NCBI GenBank assembly: GCA_016927275.1
Contig: JAFGMW010000116.1
Span: forward strand, 1,456-65,455
Length of the DNA stretch: 64,000 bases
Direction: 5' to 3'
Source of the DNA: Pseudomonadota bacterium
GTDB lineage: Bacteria; UBA10199; 2-02-FULL-44-16; JAAZCA01
Shown: positions 18,118 through 28,376 of the stretch, one piece after another
How positions within the stretch are numbered: the first letter of the stretch is position 1
Layout of the letters: each line of letters opens with the position of its first letter
Notes under the pieces: generated by a model
Database searches by the model: none
What the model saw: only the letters and a program-made list of their open reading frames with translations
What the model was told of the DNA's origin: nothing
Made by a program: the position numbers and the translations under genes

Positions 18118-19449
18118 ATGCAGATGGAAAAGAGGAGATGGCTCGTGGTGGTCGGCGCCATGCTGGTGCAGCTGTGCCTGGGAGCGATCTACGCGTGGTC
18201 GGCATTTACCAAGCACCTGACGCTTCCGCCTTACGATTTCAACAGGACCCAGACGCAGGCGATCTTCTCGCTGGGGCTGCTCTCGTTCGCGGTCGTCATG
18301 GCCCTGATCGCCGGGAAGTGGCAGGCGAAGGTAGGCCCCCGCAGGGTGGCGCTGGTCGGAGGCCTCGTCCTGGGCGCAGGCTACGTCATGGCCGGGCTTT
18401 CGGGGGCAAGCTTCTACGGGATGCTCATTGGGATCGGCCTCCTCGGCGGCGCCGGAATAGGCCTGGGCTATGTCTGCCCGATCGCCGCGCTCGTGAAGTG
18501 GTTCCCTGACAAGAAGGGGCTCATCACCGGGCTTGCGGTCGCGGGTTTCGGGTTCGGCGCCCTGATCTGGATCAAGCTCACGAGCGGTTTCGAGTTCGGG
18601 CCGCTGAACCTCACGCCCGGATGGGCGGGGCTGTTCGGTGACGGCCTTTCGGTCAATCAGATATTCATCCTCTACGGCATACTCTTTGCGGCGATCGTGG
18701 CGCTCGGATCGACGATGCTCGTCAATCCCCCCGATGGGTTCAGGCCCGAAGGCTGGACGCCGCCGACCGATTCAAGGGCCGCGCTGACCGGCGGGATAGA
18801 CTTCACCGTCTCCGAGATGGTCCGCACCTCGCAGTTCTGGGGTCTGTTCTTCATCTTTGCGGTGGGTGCCACTGCAGGCCTCATGGTGATAGGGGTGATC
18901 AAGCTATTCGGAATGGAAGCGCTCGCAGCGAGAGGGGTGGACGATCTCCGCGCCGGTGTGATCACCGGCACGGCGATGGGCCTGTTCTACGCCCTGATGA
19001 ACGGCCTCGGCCGTGTGGCATGGGGCTTCATCTCAGACAAGATCGGGCGCAGGGCGTCTATCGCGGCCATGAGCCTTTTGCAGGGCGTCACGATGATCGC
19101 TTTCTATTACACCGGCGGCACGGAGACGGGGCTCTACATAGGCTCTGCGATCGTCGGCTTCAACTTCGGCGGCAACTTCGCACTCTTCCCTGCGGCGACC
19201 GCCGACTTCTTCGGCAACAGGAGCGTGGGCACGAACTACCCTTGGATATTCATGTCCTACGGCCTTGGGGGGCTTGTCGGGCCGCTGCTCGGCGGCGCGA
19301 TGGGCGACGCCAGGGTCTGGATGTGGGCGTTCATACCTGCTGGGGTAGCGTGCCTGGCCGCCGGCGTGGTCGCGCTGAGGCTGCGCTCGCCCCATCACAA
19401 GGCCGTGATGGCAAAGGGCGGCGCGGCTTTGTCGGCACAGCCCTCCTGA
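18118..19449 (+). CDS. MFS transporter, oxalate/formate antiporter (OFA) family-like
   Basis: ~12 predicted TM segments and the OFA-type N-terminal motif LGAIYAWSAF. Start taken at MQMEKRRW. Confidence 0.8.
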   Translation: MQMEKRRWLVVVGAMLVQLCLGAIYAWSAFTKHLTLPPYDFNRTQTQAIFSLGLLSFAVVMALIAGKWQAKVGPRRVALVGGLVLGAGYVMAGLSGASFYGMLIGIGLLGGAGIGLGYVCPIAALVKWFPDKKGLITGLAVAGFGFGALIWIKLTSGFEFGPLNLTPGWAGLFGDGLSVNQIFILYGILFAAIVALGSTMLVNPPDGFRPEGWTPPTDSRAALTGGIDFTVSEMVRTSQFWGLFFIFAVGATAGLMVIGVIKLFGMEALAARGVDDLRAGVITGTAMGLFYALMNGLGRVAWGFISDKIGRRASIAAMSLLQGVTMIAFYYTGGTETGLYIGSAIVGFNFGGNFALFPAATADFFGNRSVGTNYPWIFMSYGLGGLVGPLLGGAMGDARVWMWAFIPAGVACLAAGVVALRLRSPHHKAVMAKGGAALSAQPS

Positions 19450-19571
19450 AAGGTGTCTTTGGCGCCTGAGAGGCCCCCAGGAACCATGTGTATTTACGGG
19501 CGTTTTTTATTTTTTTAGAAAACAGAATTTTCAGGGCAACAAATCCCTGCGCCTGCCGATAAAGAAATTGA

Positions 19572-21731
19572 GTGGGGGAGAGAATCGGGGTCCTGGTGAT
19601 AAGGCGTGCTTTTTCAGCCGCAGCGCTTCTGTTCGTGGTCCTCTCGGCATCGGCGCTCCACGCAAACCCCAAGATAGACCCCTATCTGGACAGCTCGTCC
19701 GCCGATCCCGATTTCAAGGCGCTTTCCATAAGCGCCCCCCTTCCGAAGCCCGCCGATGATCCGCCGGTGGAGGTCTTTGTAAAGGCCTCCGATGTCGGCG
19801 CGGCGGCGGATCTGATATCTTCGCTCGGCGGCAGCGTCCGCGTGACCTCCGGTTCCGTGATCACCGCTTCCATTCAGGCGTCGGGCCTTGAGGACCTCGC
19901 AGGATCGGAAGACGTGGTCTTCATCGAGGCGGCCAAGCCGGTCGGTTTATCGAGCGACCTCGCGGGCGCCGAGATAGGCCTGCCGGAGGTGAGCGCCGGC
20001 ATGGGGCTGCCGGCCGGATACACCGGCGAAGGGATCGTCATCGGCATCGTGGACACGGGCGTCGATTATTCTCACCCGGATTTTCTGGATTCCGAGGGGC
20101 GCAGCCGCGTGCTCGCCATATGGGACCAGGGCCGCAGCGGCGGCCCCCCGCCGGCGGAGATAGCGAACAGCTACGGCAGCGAGTGCGAGCATGAGAAGAT
20201 TTCCAGCGGCACCTGCGCCCTCACCGACGCGGACGGCCACGGCACGCACGTGGCGGGGATCGCGGCGGGCAGGCACGGCCAGTATCGGGGCGTGGCCCCC
20301 GACGCCAACATCGTCGTGGTGAAGTACGACGCGAAGCTCGACCTCGAGTCGGGCTACGCCGACACCCTGTTCTCCACCAAGATCTGCGAGGCGGCATACT
20401 ACGTCTTCGCCAAGGCGGCGAAGTACGGCGTTCCGGCGGTCGTCAACATGAGCCTCGGCACGCACCTGGGCGCGCACGACGGGACGTCGCTCTTCGAGCA
20501 GTGCCTCGCAGGCCTTGCACAGGGCCAGGCTGGCCGCGCCCTCGTGGCGGCCGCCGGCAACGAGCACAACTCGGACCGCAGCTACACCGGGATACACGCC
20601 GGGTTCGACCCTGCCGGCAGGGAACTCGCGTCGAATTTCGTGATAAGGCAGAAGACCGGCGACCGCCTCTACTACATCGACCTGTGGGGTGCCAAGGGCT
20701 CCGACATTGCGGTGGGGCTCGCGATACACAACGGCACCCCTTCCAGAGACCCGGCGCAGCGCTCCTATATGGCGAGACCGGGCGACAAGATCTCCGGCTC
20801 GTTCTACAGCGGGAAGATAAAGTATCTCATCAACGCGACGGAGAAGAGCTCGCCGCTAAACGGCAAGCCGCACGTGGGGATAAGGATTCAGCTGTCCACT
20901 GAGGTGGAGAACCCGCTGGCATACTCGTTCGACCTGGTGGTCAAGGGAACAGGCGGATTCGACGCCTGGCTCTTCCCCGACAAGCCGGCGCGGACGATGG
21001 AGTTCACCGCGATCGAGGGGAACAAGGGCGGCGCCTACGACTACGTCCCCGGCGACCGCATCAAGAGCATCGCGATACCTGCCACATCCCCTGAGGTCAT
21101 AGCGGTCGCGGCGTACGCCACCCGGACGCGCTGGGAGGCGGACTCCCTGACATGGGTATTCAACGGCCAGGAGCTCGGCGACATACTCAACTTCTCTAGC
21201 TCGGGCCCCACCGCGGACCCGGCGTTCACGGGGCAGAAGCCCGAGCTGGCCGCCCCGGGCGGCATGGTGGCGTCCGCGCTCTCCGCGAGCGCCGGCGTCT
21301 CGAGCCAGGTCATCACCGCGGACGGGAAACATTATATGCAGGCCGGGACCTCCATGGCCGCGCCGTTCGTGAGCGGCGCCGTCGCGCTCATGTTCCAGCA
21401 CAACCCGAACTTCACGCAAACGGACGTGGAGGCGTTCCTCACGCAGGGAGCGTACGCCGACTCATTCACCGGGGGCGTGCCCAACGACAGGTGGGGGGCC
21501 GGCAAGCTCGACCTGCTCAAGTCCATGGAGCTTGCGGTCAACGGGACCGCCTCGGGCAGCTTCGCGGCGCAGGGATCGGTCTCCATCCCCTCCGGAGACG
21601 GGGGAAGCGGCGGATGCGAGATGATCGCCTCGGCCTCGGGCGCGGGAAGCCCTGCGGCATTGGTTATCGCAGCGGCGCTTGCGCTGTGCGCCATGGCTTG
21701 GAGGAAAAGGACCGAGACATCGATTCGGTGA
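19572..21731 (+). CDS. secreted subtilisin-like serine peptidase (S8) with a C-terminal GG-Cys-TM-RKR sorting-signal-like tail
   Basis: Signal peptide plus the S8 catalytic triad: GIVDTGVD (Asp), HGTHVAGIAAG (His), GTSMAAPFVSGAVAL (Ser). C-terminus is GGSGGCEMIASASGAGSPAALVIAAALALCAMAWRKR. Confidence 0.9.
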   Translation: MGERIGVLVIRRAFSAAALLFVVLSASALHANPKIDPYLDSSSADPDFKALSISAPLPKPADDPPVEVFVKASDVGAAADLISSLGGSVRVTSGSVITASIQASGLEDLAGSEDVVFIEAAKPVGLSSDLAGAEIGLPEVSAGMGLPAGYTGEGIVIGIVDTGVDYSHPDFLDSEGRSRVLAIWDQGRSGGPPPAEIANSYGSECEHEKISSGTCALTDADGHGTHVAGIAAGRHGQYRGVAPDANIVVVKYDAKLDLESGYADTLFSTKICEAAYYVFAKAAKYGVPAVVNMSLGTHLGAHDGTSLFEQCLAGLAQGQAGRALVAAAGNEHNSDRSYTGIHAGFDPAGRELASNFVIRQKTGDRLYYIDLWGAKGSDIAVGLAIHNGTPSRDPAQRSYMARPGDKISGSFYSGKIKYLINATEKSSPLNGKPHVGIRIQLSTEVENPLAYSFDLVVKGTGGFDAWLFPDKPARTMEFTAIEGNKGGAYDYVPGDRIKSIAIPATSPEVIAVAAYATRTRWEADSLTWVFNGQELGDILNFSSSGPTADPAFTGQKPELAAPGGMVASALSASAGVSSQVITADGKHYMQAGTSMAAPFVSGAVALMFQHNPNFTQTDVEAFLTQGAYADSFTGGVPNDRWGAGKLDLLKSMELAVNGTASGSFAAQGSVSIPSGDGGSGGCEMIASASGAGSPAALVIAAALALCAMAWRKRTETSIR

Positions 21732-21793
21732 AGCCTTATTTCACCGACCCCGAAAAAGGGCCCCGGCTCCTTGCGGAACCGGGGCCCGATTCT

Positions 21794-21846
21794 ATGTACA
21801 ACAAGGCTGAGGTTAAGGCTTAGGCTAAGTGGTGCTCAACCTCAAC
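21794..21846. repeat. hexamer tandem-repeat hairpin, (GGCTGA/GGTTAA/GGCTAA)n facing (CAACCT)3, between convergent genes
   Basis: ggctgaggttaaggcttaggctaag ... ctcaacctcaacctcaacctg. Sits between the protease stop (21731) and the glnA stop (21858) and likely acts as a bidirectional terminator. Confidence 0.65.
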
Positions 21847-21857
21847 CTCAACCTGAT

Positions 21858-23270
21858 TTATATATCGTAATACAGACTGAACTCCATGGGCACGGGCCGA
21901 AGCCTCATCTGGTTCACCTCGTGCTCGCGCTTGTAGGAGATCCAGGTGTCGATGGCGTCCTGCGTGAACACGTCGCCCGCGAGCAGGAACGCGTGGTCCT
22001 GTTCCAGCGCGTCCAGCGCCTCCTCGAGCGAGGCCGGCGCGCGGCCCACGTCCTTGAGCTCCTCTGGGGAGAGCTTGTAGATGTTCTTGTCGAGCGGCTT
22101 TCCCGGGTCCACGCGGTTCTGTATCCCGTCCAGCCCCGCCATGAGGATGGCGGCGAACGCGAGGTAGCCGTTGCACGACGGATCGGGGGTTCGGTACTCG
22201 ATCCGCTTGGCCTTGGGGCTGGAGGAGTACATGGGGATCCTGAACGAGGCGGAGCGGTTGCGGCTCGAATAGGCCAGGTTGATCGGCGCCTCGAAGCCGG
22301 GGACCAGGCGGCGGTAGGAGTTGGTCGTCGGGTTGCAGATCGCCGAGAGCGCCCTGGCGTGCTTCAGCATCCCGCCCATGAAGTGCATTGCGGTCTCGGA
22401 GAGCCCGCCGTAGCGGTCGCCGGCGAACAGCGGCTTGCCCCCCTTCCAGAGGGATACGTGGATGTGCATGCCGCTGCCGTTGTCCTCGAAGAGCGGCTTG
22501 GGCATGAATGTCACTGTCTTCTGGTTCCTGCGGGCCACGTTTTTCACGATGTACTTGAACCACAGCAGCTTGTCGCCCATCTCCACCAGCGGGGCGAACC
22601 GCATATCGATCTCGGCCTGGCCCGCGGTGGCCACCTCGTGGTGCTGGCATTCGACCTGGATCCCCACCTTCTCCATCTCCAGCACCATCTCGGTGCGCAG
22701 GTCGTGCTGGCTGTCGGTGGGGGAAACAGGGAAGTAGCCCTCCTTGTAGCGGGGCTTGTAGCCCAGGTTTTTCTCGTGGTCGGTCCCGCTGTTCCAGCGC
22801 CCCTCCTCCGAGTCGATGCGGTAGAAGCCCTCGTTGGTGGTCTGGTCGAACGCTATGTGGTCGAAGATGAAGAACTCGGCCTCGGGCCCGAAGAACGATG
22901 TGTCCGCGATGCCCGTGGAGCGGAGGTACGCCTCTGCCTTCCGGGCTATGTGCCTCGGATCGCGGGTGTACGGCTCCTTTGTTATGGGGTCCACGATGTT
23001 GCAGATCATCGACAGGGTGGAGTGGTTCATGAACGGGTCCATGACAGCGGTCGCAGGGTCCGGGATGATGAGCATGTCCGAGGCGTGGATCGGCTGCCAG
23101 CCCCTCATCGAGGAGCCGTCGAAGCCGAAGCCGTCATCGAACGAGTTCTCGTCCAGCTCGGTGACCGGCACCGAGAAGTGCTGCCAGACCCCCGGGAAGT
23201 CCACGAACTTGAAGTCCACCATCTTCGCCCTGTTCTCCTCGATCATCTTCAGCGTCCTGGATATAGGCAT
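21858..23270 (-). CDS. glnA: glutamine synthetase type I
   Basis: GS signature regions ([35 protein letters not shown], adenylylation-region NIYKLSPEE). 470 aa. Confidence 0.95.
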   Translation of the reverse strand: MPISRTLKMIEENRAKMVDFKFVDFPGVWQHFSVPVTELDENSFDDGFGFDGSSMRGWQPIHASDMLIIPDPATAVMDPFMNHSTLSMICNIVDPITKEPYTRDPRHIARKAEAYLRSTGIADTSFFGPEAEFFIFDHIAFDQTTNEGFYRIDSEEGRWNSGTDHEKNLGYKPRYKEGYFPVSPTDSQHDLRTEMVLEMEKVGIQVECQHHEVATAGQAEIDMRFAPLVEMGDKLLWFKYIVKNVARRNQKTVTFMPKPLFEDNGSGMHIHVSLWKGGKPLFAGDRYGGLSETAMHFMGGMLKHARALSAICNPTTNSYRRLVPGFEAPINLAYSSRNRSASFRIPMYSSSPKAKRIEYRTPDPSCNGYLAFAAILMAGLDGIQNRVDPGKPLDKNIYKLSPEELKDVGRAPASLEEALDALEQDHAFLLAGDVFTQDAIDTWISYKREHEVNQMRLRPVPMEFSLYYDI

Positions 23271-23326
23271 CTGCCCTCCTGAGAAAGGTTATAAAGAACG
23301 TCCGGTTTTTTAGAAAAAAAAAAGGA

Positions 23327-23677
<351 letters not shown>

Positions 23678-23726
23678 CTATCATGCGGAAAAATCACTGT
23701 CCATGAAAAATAAAAACATCTCCCCT

Positions 23727-23805
23727 TGGTCGGGGTGAGAGGATTTGAACCTCCGACCTCACGGTCCCGAACCGTGCGCTCTAAACCAAGCTGAGCTACA
23801 CCCCG
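23727..23805 (-). tRNA. tRNA-Pro (anticodon CGG)
   Basis: The reverse complement cggggtgtagctcagcttggtttagagcgcacggttcgggaccgtgaggtcggaggttcaaatcctctcaccccgacca folds as a cloverleaf. Acceptor stem CGGGGUG/CACCCCG, anticodon loop UUCGGGA, 3' CCA encoded. Confidence 0.85.
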
Positions 23806-23930
23806 ACAAAAGAGAGACGCATCTTTTCAAGTGCGTGAGGTCTAGTTTAAACGGCAGGTACTGTCAACGGCGCTTTGCCCTGCCCGATCGTCTTGTATTT
23901 ATAAGAATATTATAATAGAAGGACTATTCA

Positions 23931-24947
23931 ATGGCCATGGGGGGTAAAAAAATCAAGGTTAAGGTTAAGGCTAAGGCTAAGGCTAAGGCTAAGGTTAAGC
24001 CTAAGCCTAAGCCTAAGCCTAAACTTAAGCCTAAACCTAAGCCTAAACCTAAGCCTAAACCTAAACCTCAAGTTAAGGCCAAATTGCCTGAGTGGCCGCC
24101 CCCCCTTGAGATCTACTCTTCAACGGATCCGCTCTCTCTGATGCGCAAGGTGCTGGCCCGCTGCGACCAGGCTTTTCTATCGCGCCAGGTCTCATATTCG
24201 CTCTCCACCTCAGAGGGGCTGGGGGAGGTGTGGGTGGACGAGGAGGGGATATCCTCTGCGATGGACACCCTTCTCATGCACCTTGTTTCGCGTTCCCCTC
24301 GCAAATCGGTGATCTCCGTGCAGCTTTGCCCGTTCGCCATGCACAGCGGCTCAGGCGTTCAGATCGCCTTTGAGGCCATCGACAGGTTGATCAGGGACGT
24401 GGACCACAAGGCGTTCATGGCCTCGATCTTCGACGGGGGGGCGGACCAGGAGACCGGCGTCTCGCTCGCCGCCCTGAGGGAGAGGGTGATGGCGCAGCAC
24501 GGAAGGCTCTGGGCGGAGCTGCCGGGCGGGAACAGGACCCTGTTCAAGATAGTGCTCCCCTCGACGAGGGACGTGGCCAGGCAGGCCCTTCTCGGCCAGC
24601 GCACCTTCAGGTGCGACATCGCCATCACCAACTACCCGCTCGTGAGAAAGCGCTTCGGCCTGATGAAGGGCAGGCACCTAGTGGAGCAGGTGGAGCGCTA
24701 CGTGAAATCGCTGGTGAGGTTCCCTATCGACATGGTGACCGCGGACCTCGACGCAGGCAGCATCACCGCGATCTACGAGGCCCAGCCGGGGGCCGCGGAG
24801 TCGGTCTACTCCCGCATATCCAAGAGGCTGGGGCAGGAGACCTTCCACATCGGCAAAAGACCGGTGGAGCTCCTCTTCAGGTACGAGCTCAAGGGCGGCG
24901 CCGGCCATTCTGCGCCATCGGCCGGCCGAAACCGGGGGAAAGGCTAG
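23931..24947 (+). CDS. hypothetical protein with Lys-rich (KV/KA/KP)n N-terminal tail and a degenerate histidine-kinase-like ATPase (HATPase_c-like) domain
   Basis: Residues 7-50 (KIKVKVKAKAKAKAKVKPKPKPKPKLKPKPKPKPKPKPKP) are encoded by GGTTAA/GGCTAA/GCCTAA hexamer repeats. Downstream, ETGVSLAALRERVMAQHGRLWAELPGGNRTLFKIVLP resembles the HATPase G2 box. Confidence 0.5.
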   Translation: MAMGGKKIKVKVKAKAKAKAKVKPKPKPKPKLKPKPKPKPKPKPKPQVKAKLPEWPPPLEIYSSTDPLSLMRKVLARCDQAFLSRQVSYSLSTSEGLGEVWVDEEGISSAMDTLLMHLVSRSPRKSVISVQLCPFAMHSGSGVQIAFEAIDRLIRDVDHKAFMASIFDGGADQETGVSLAALRERVMAQHGRLWAELPGGNRTLFKIVLPSTRDVARQALLGQRTFRCDIAITNYPLVRKRFGLMKGRHLVEQVERYVKSLVRFPIDMVTADLDAGSITAIYEAQPGAAESVYSRISKRLGQETFHIGKRPVELLFRYELKGGAGHSAPSAGRNRGKG

Positions 24948-24950
24948 GGC

Positions 24951-26660
24951 ATGGACTGGCAGGGTGCGGCAGAGGCGTTGTGGCGCGTGCGATGGTGGTT
25001 CGTGCCGGTGTTTGCGGCGCTCTATCTCGTGCCGCTTTTTCGTGTGGCGGGAATGGCCTTCGAGGGCGGCGGCAGCGCCCTCATGCGCGTCAACCGCCTC
25101 TTCGGCCTGTGGGAGCACGCGGTCTTCATCCCGAGGGACACGTTGGCGACCGCGTATCTCGCGGGCGGGTTCCTCTGGCACCTGTTCCTGGCGCTGGAGC
25201 TGGCGAGCCCGGAGCACGCCGCTGTCGCGGCCGCGGCCCTGGCGCTCATGTCGGCGGGCTGGGCCCAGCGCCACTTCCGCAGGCAGGGGCACATGGCCCT
25301 GGCCGAGTTCGCGAGCCGAAACCCGACGGTCCACCCGCAGGAGTTCTTCGACCACCTCTTTTGCGTGTCGGGCGCGATCAGGCACAGGCTGCCCCAATCC
25401 CCGGCCAGGGTGATAGACCCCGCGCACCTCGATTTCCGAAACCACGGAAAGGGAGCGAGGCTCCGGTGGCCGACGCTCGCGTGCGGCGCGTGGAGCACCG
25501 CGTGGCTGGCGAAACTCCTCGTGTCGTGCGGCGACATGAAGAACCAAAGGTGGCTCGCCAGGTTCGCGGACGCGATGGCGCTCGTCTGGGCCTCGAGGCT
25601 CGCACAGCTCATGCGCGCCGAGGTCTCGGTCGAGGGCGCGGACAGGCTCGCCGCGCACGCCGGGCCGCAGATGCTTCTCTACACACACGCGAGCTTCGTG
25701 GATTTCGCGCTGGCCCCGCTGGTGCCGGCGTCCATGGCCGCTCAGCCCGGCGGCCCAAGAAAGGGCTGTGTCCCGTCGTTTCTCATTGCGAAGGACCACT
25801 TCCGCGACAACCCCCTCTACTACCGGCTACTTGGCATCGGCAGGGCCGCGGAGGCGCTCGGCATGATCTTCGTTGAGCGGAGAGGGCGTTCATCGCCCGC
25901 AAGGGCCAGGGGCGTGGTGTGGCAGGCGACCGGGAAGATGGTGGACGAGGGGGCGATGCTCGGCATCTATCCCCAGGGCACGCGCGCAACGCCTTGCACG
26001 GGGGTCGAGGGCGAGAGGCTCGACTCCGCGTATTACACCGTGGGCGAGCCGGAGAGGATAAAGCGCGACGGGGCGCACCTGAAAAGGGGCGCGGCATTCA
26101 TCGCGGTCGAGGCGGCGATGGGGCTTGCTGCCGCAGGGGAGCGGGAGGGGGTCCGCATCGTCCCGGTCGCCATAAAGGGGAGCGGGATCGCCTGCCCGAG
26201 GGGGAGCGCCAGGATCATGTCTGACGTCCGCATGAGGCTCGTCATCGGCGAGCCGATCCGCATCCTGGCCAGTGATGTCGCGGGGCTCAAGTCGCCCGAT
26301 GAGGGCGGCCCGCATAACAAGGGCGAGGAGCGCTACTTCGAGTTCGCGGACCATCTGCACCGGAGGATAGACGTCTCGCTAAAGGAGGCGTACGGGGTGC
26401 ACGCGGTTCTGGAGAGGCGGTTCTTCGAGGACGTAAGGGGCCTGCTGGACCACAACGAGATCGAGGAGGTGGCGCTCGCGGTCAAGCCGTGGCGCGGTGA
26501 CGACTTCCTCTTCCACGCGGTGCTCGACGCGATCTACTGTGCGCCCCCTTCCAAGTGGCGCAGGTTTCTTGGGGAGCTGGTGCACCTCATGCTCAACTTC
26601 GCCACGCGCGAGGAGATGCTCGCATTCAAGGGGCGCGTGGTGGACGGGATGTCGATGTGA
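24951..26660 (+). CDS. membrane acyltransferase, lysophospholipid acyltransferase (PlsC-like) family, with long N-terminal membrane domain
   Basis: HX4D motif (YTHASFVDF) and an FPEGTR-like motif (IYPQGTR). Hydrophobic N-terminal ~200 aa. Starts 4 nt after the previous gene. Confidence 0.65.
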   Translation: MDWQGAAEALWRVRWWFVPVFAALYLVPLFRVAGMAFEGGGSALMRVNRLFGLWEHAVFIPRDTLATAYLAGGFLWHLFLALELASPEHAAVAAAALALMSAGWAQRHFRRQGHMALAEFASRNPTVHPQEFFDHLFCVSGAIRHRLPQSPARVIDPAHLDFRNHGKGARLRWPTLACGAWSTAWLAKLLVSCGDMKNQRWLARFADAMALVWASRLAQLMRAEVSVEGADRLAAHAGPQMLLYTHASFVDFALAPLVPASMAAQPGGPRKGCVPSFLIAKDHFRDNPLYYRLLGIGRAAEALGMIFVERRGRSSPARARGVVWQATGKMVDEGAMLGIYPQGTRATPCTGVEGERLDSAYYTVGEPERIKRDGAHLKRGAAFIAVEAAMGLAAAGEREGVRIVPVAIKGSGIACPRGSARIMSDVRMRLVIGEPIRILASDVAGLKSPDEGGPHNKGEERYFEFADHLHRRIDVSLKEAYGVHAVLERRFFEDVRGLLDHNEIEEVALAVKPWRGDDFLFHAVLDAIYCAPPSKWRRFLGELVHLMLNFATREEMLAFKGRVVDGMSM

Positions 26661-26675
26661 GGAACCTTTCCTGAC

Positions 26676-28250
26676 CTATCTCAGCGGTCCCCGCAGGCCC
26701 ATCATCAACGAGGCCCCTCCGTTGAGCGGGGGGATGAACGGACCCCGGTTTGCGACTGCGCCGAGAGGGCTCAATGCGGGCGCGAAGGGCAGGTTCGACG
26801 GGCGGACCGGCGGTGCGGCATCCCGTCCTTCGGGGTCGCGGTTGTCGTCGCCCGACGGGATCTCGATCACCATCGACCCGTGACGATACTCTATCTTTCC
26901 GCCGACCCTCGCAGCGAGCGTGTCCAGCTCCGCCCTGCCGTGGCTGGCCGGTCCCAGCGCCGCAAAGGCGCTGCGGCCTTCGGTCAGATCGGTCACCACG
27001 AGAGTCCTCCGGTCAGGCCTCCAGTCCACGTCCACGCGGGCAGGCGTCACGGGCCGCAACGACGAGGCAGGCGCGGACCCGTCGTACGCATACGATGCAC
27101 CCATGAGGAAGACGAGCCTGGCGGCCAGCCGCTTAAGATGCCTGTTGTTCCTCGCGGTTATCAGGGCGTCATGGGGGGCGCTCACCCTGACGTCGAGCCA
27201 TGGCCGCGCCTCGCGTTCCGCGCCGAAGCTCCTCATGAGCGAGAGCGGGCAGAATATCCCGCGGCAGCTGTCTGCCGTCTCGGCGTTCCTGAAGATGTTG
27301 ACCAGCGCAGTCAAGGCGGACGGATTCCCGGCGAGGTCAATCCAGGGGAGCCTGTCCAGGAAGTGGTCCATGAGCCCGGCGACGAATGCGCTCTCCCACC
27401 TGCCGCCGAGCGCCTCGTTTTTTCGAAATCCCTTGAATGCGCCGAAGAGCGCTTTCAGCGGCATGGCGTCCAAGCCCACTGACCTCGCCGTCGAGGCATT
27501 GTCGATCCCCTCCGGCCTCAGGAATGCGCGCTCCAGCCTGAACAACAGTTTCTCCGCCATGAGATATAGGTCGGAGGAGAGGCTCTCCCATGCCTGGAGG
27601 TAGTCCGCCGCGTTTGTGGTGGCCGCCACCCTCCTGCTGAACTGCTCGATCAGCGAAACGGACCACAGCTTGCTGCCATAGCCCTCGATCATCACCTCGT
27701 AGTTGTTGACGCGCTCCACCCTCAACGCGCCGTCGGCGGTGGTCGCCTCGTCGTCGAAGGGGAACTCATCGCCTTCGACGACGGCCTTGAAGTCGAGATG
27801 GGCGAGCAGCGGCGCATTGGTGCGCATGGCCGATGAAACTGTGAACACCGCGAGCGCGGCGGAGTCGATCTCGTCCTCTTCGAGCTGGTGCCTGTCGGCG
27901 CCGATGATCATGCGGCCGTGCGGGGTGTGGGCCACGAATCCGCCGGTCGGGAGGTCCTCGAGCCACAGGAGGTCGCGGTCTGCCCTGAGGATGTCTTCAA
28001 ACGATCTGGTTATCGCCTCGGCGGATATGCCGTCTGAAAACAGCAGCGGGAAGATCGAGCGCCCGGCGCCCGCCCCGCTGGGGAAGATGTCATTGAAGAG
28101 GGCGCTCACGGCGTTGTCGTAGGAATCCTCGTTCCCGCGCGCGAGGGCGACCACATTGCGCCACTTGTCCTCGAGCGGCTCTATCTCCCTGAGCAGGTCG
28201 AGCACCGTCGCTTTTCTCATTTCCACCGGGTGCGCCAATTTTCCCTCCAT
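26676..28250 (-). CDS. hypothetical protein, 524 aa
   Basis: Long ORF with balanced composition, downstream of the PilZ gene on the same strand. No recognisable motif. Confidence 0.5.
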   Translation of the reverse strand: MEGKLAHPVEMRKATVLDLLREIEPLEDKWRNVVALARGNEDSYDNAVSALFNDIFPSGAGAGRSIFPLLFSDGISAEAITRSFEDILRADRDLLWLEDLPTGGFVAHTPHGRMIIGADRHQLEEDEIDSAALAVFTVSSAMRTNAPLLAHLDFKAVVEGDEFPFDDEATTADGALRVERVNNYEVMIEGYGSKLWSVSLIEQFSRRVAATTNAADYLQAWESLSSDLYLMAEKLLFRLERAFLRPEGIDNASTARSVGLDAMPLKALFGAFKGFRKNEALGGRWESAFVAGLMDHFLDRLPWIDLAGNPSALTALVNIFRNAETADSCRGIFCPLSLMRSFGAEREARPWLDVRVSAPHDALITARNNRHLKRLAARLVFLMGASYAYDGSAPASSLRPVTPARVDVDWRPDRRTLVVTDLTEGRSAFAALGPASHGRAELDTLAARVGGKIEYRHGSMVIEIPSGDDNRDPEGRDAAPPVRPSNLPFAPALSPLGAVANRGPFIPPLNGGASLMMGLRGPLR

Positions 28251-28376
28251 CCATCAGAAAGCGCCGACAAGCTTTTATCGGCAGGAGGGGAAATTAGTTG
28301 CTATATATTATGCTTTTTACCGGGCTGATGGATAAGGGGCGGTCTGATGTCTAACAGTTTGTAATAAAAGGACAAA

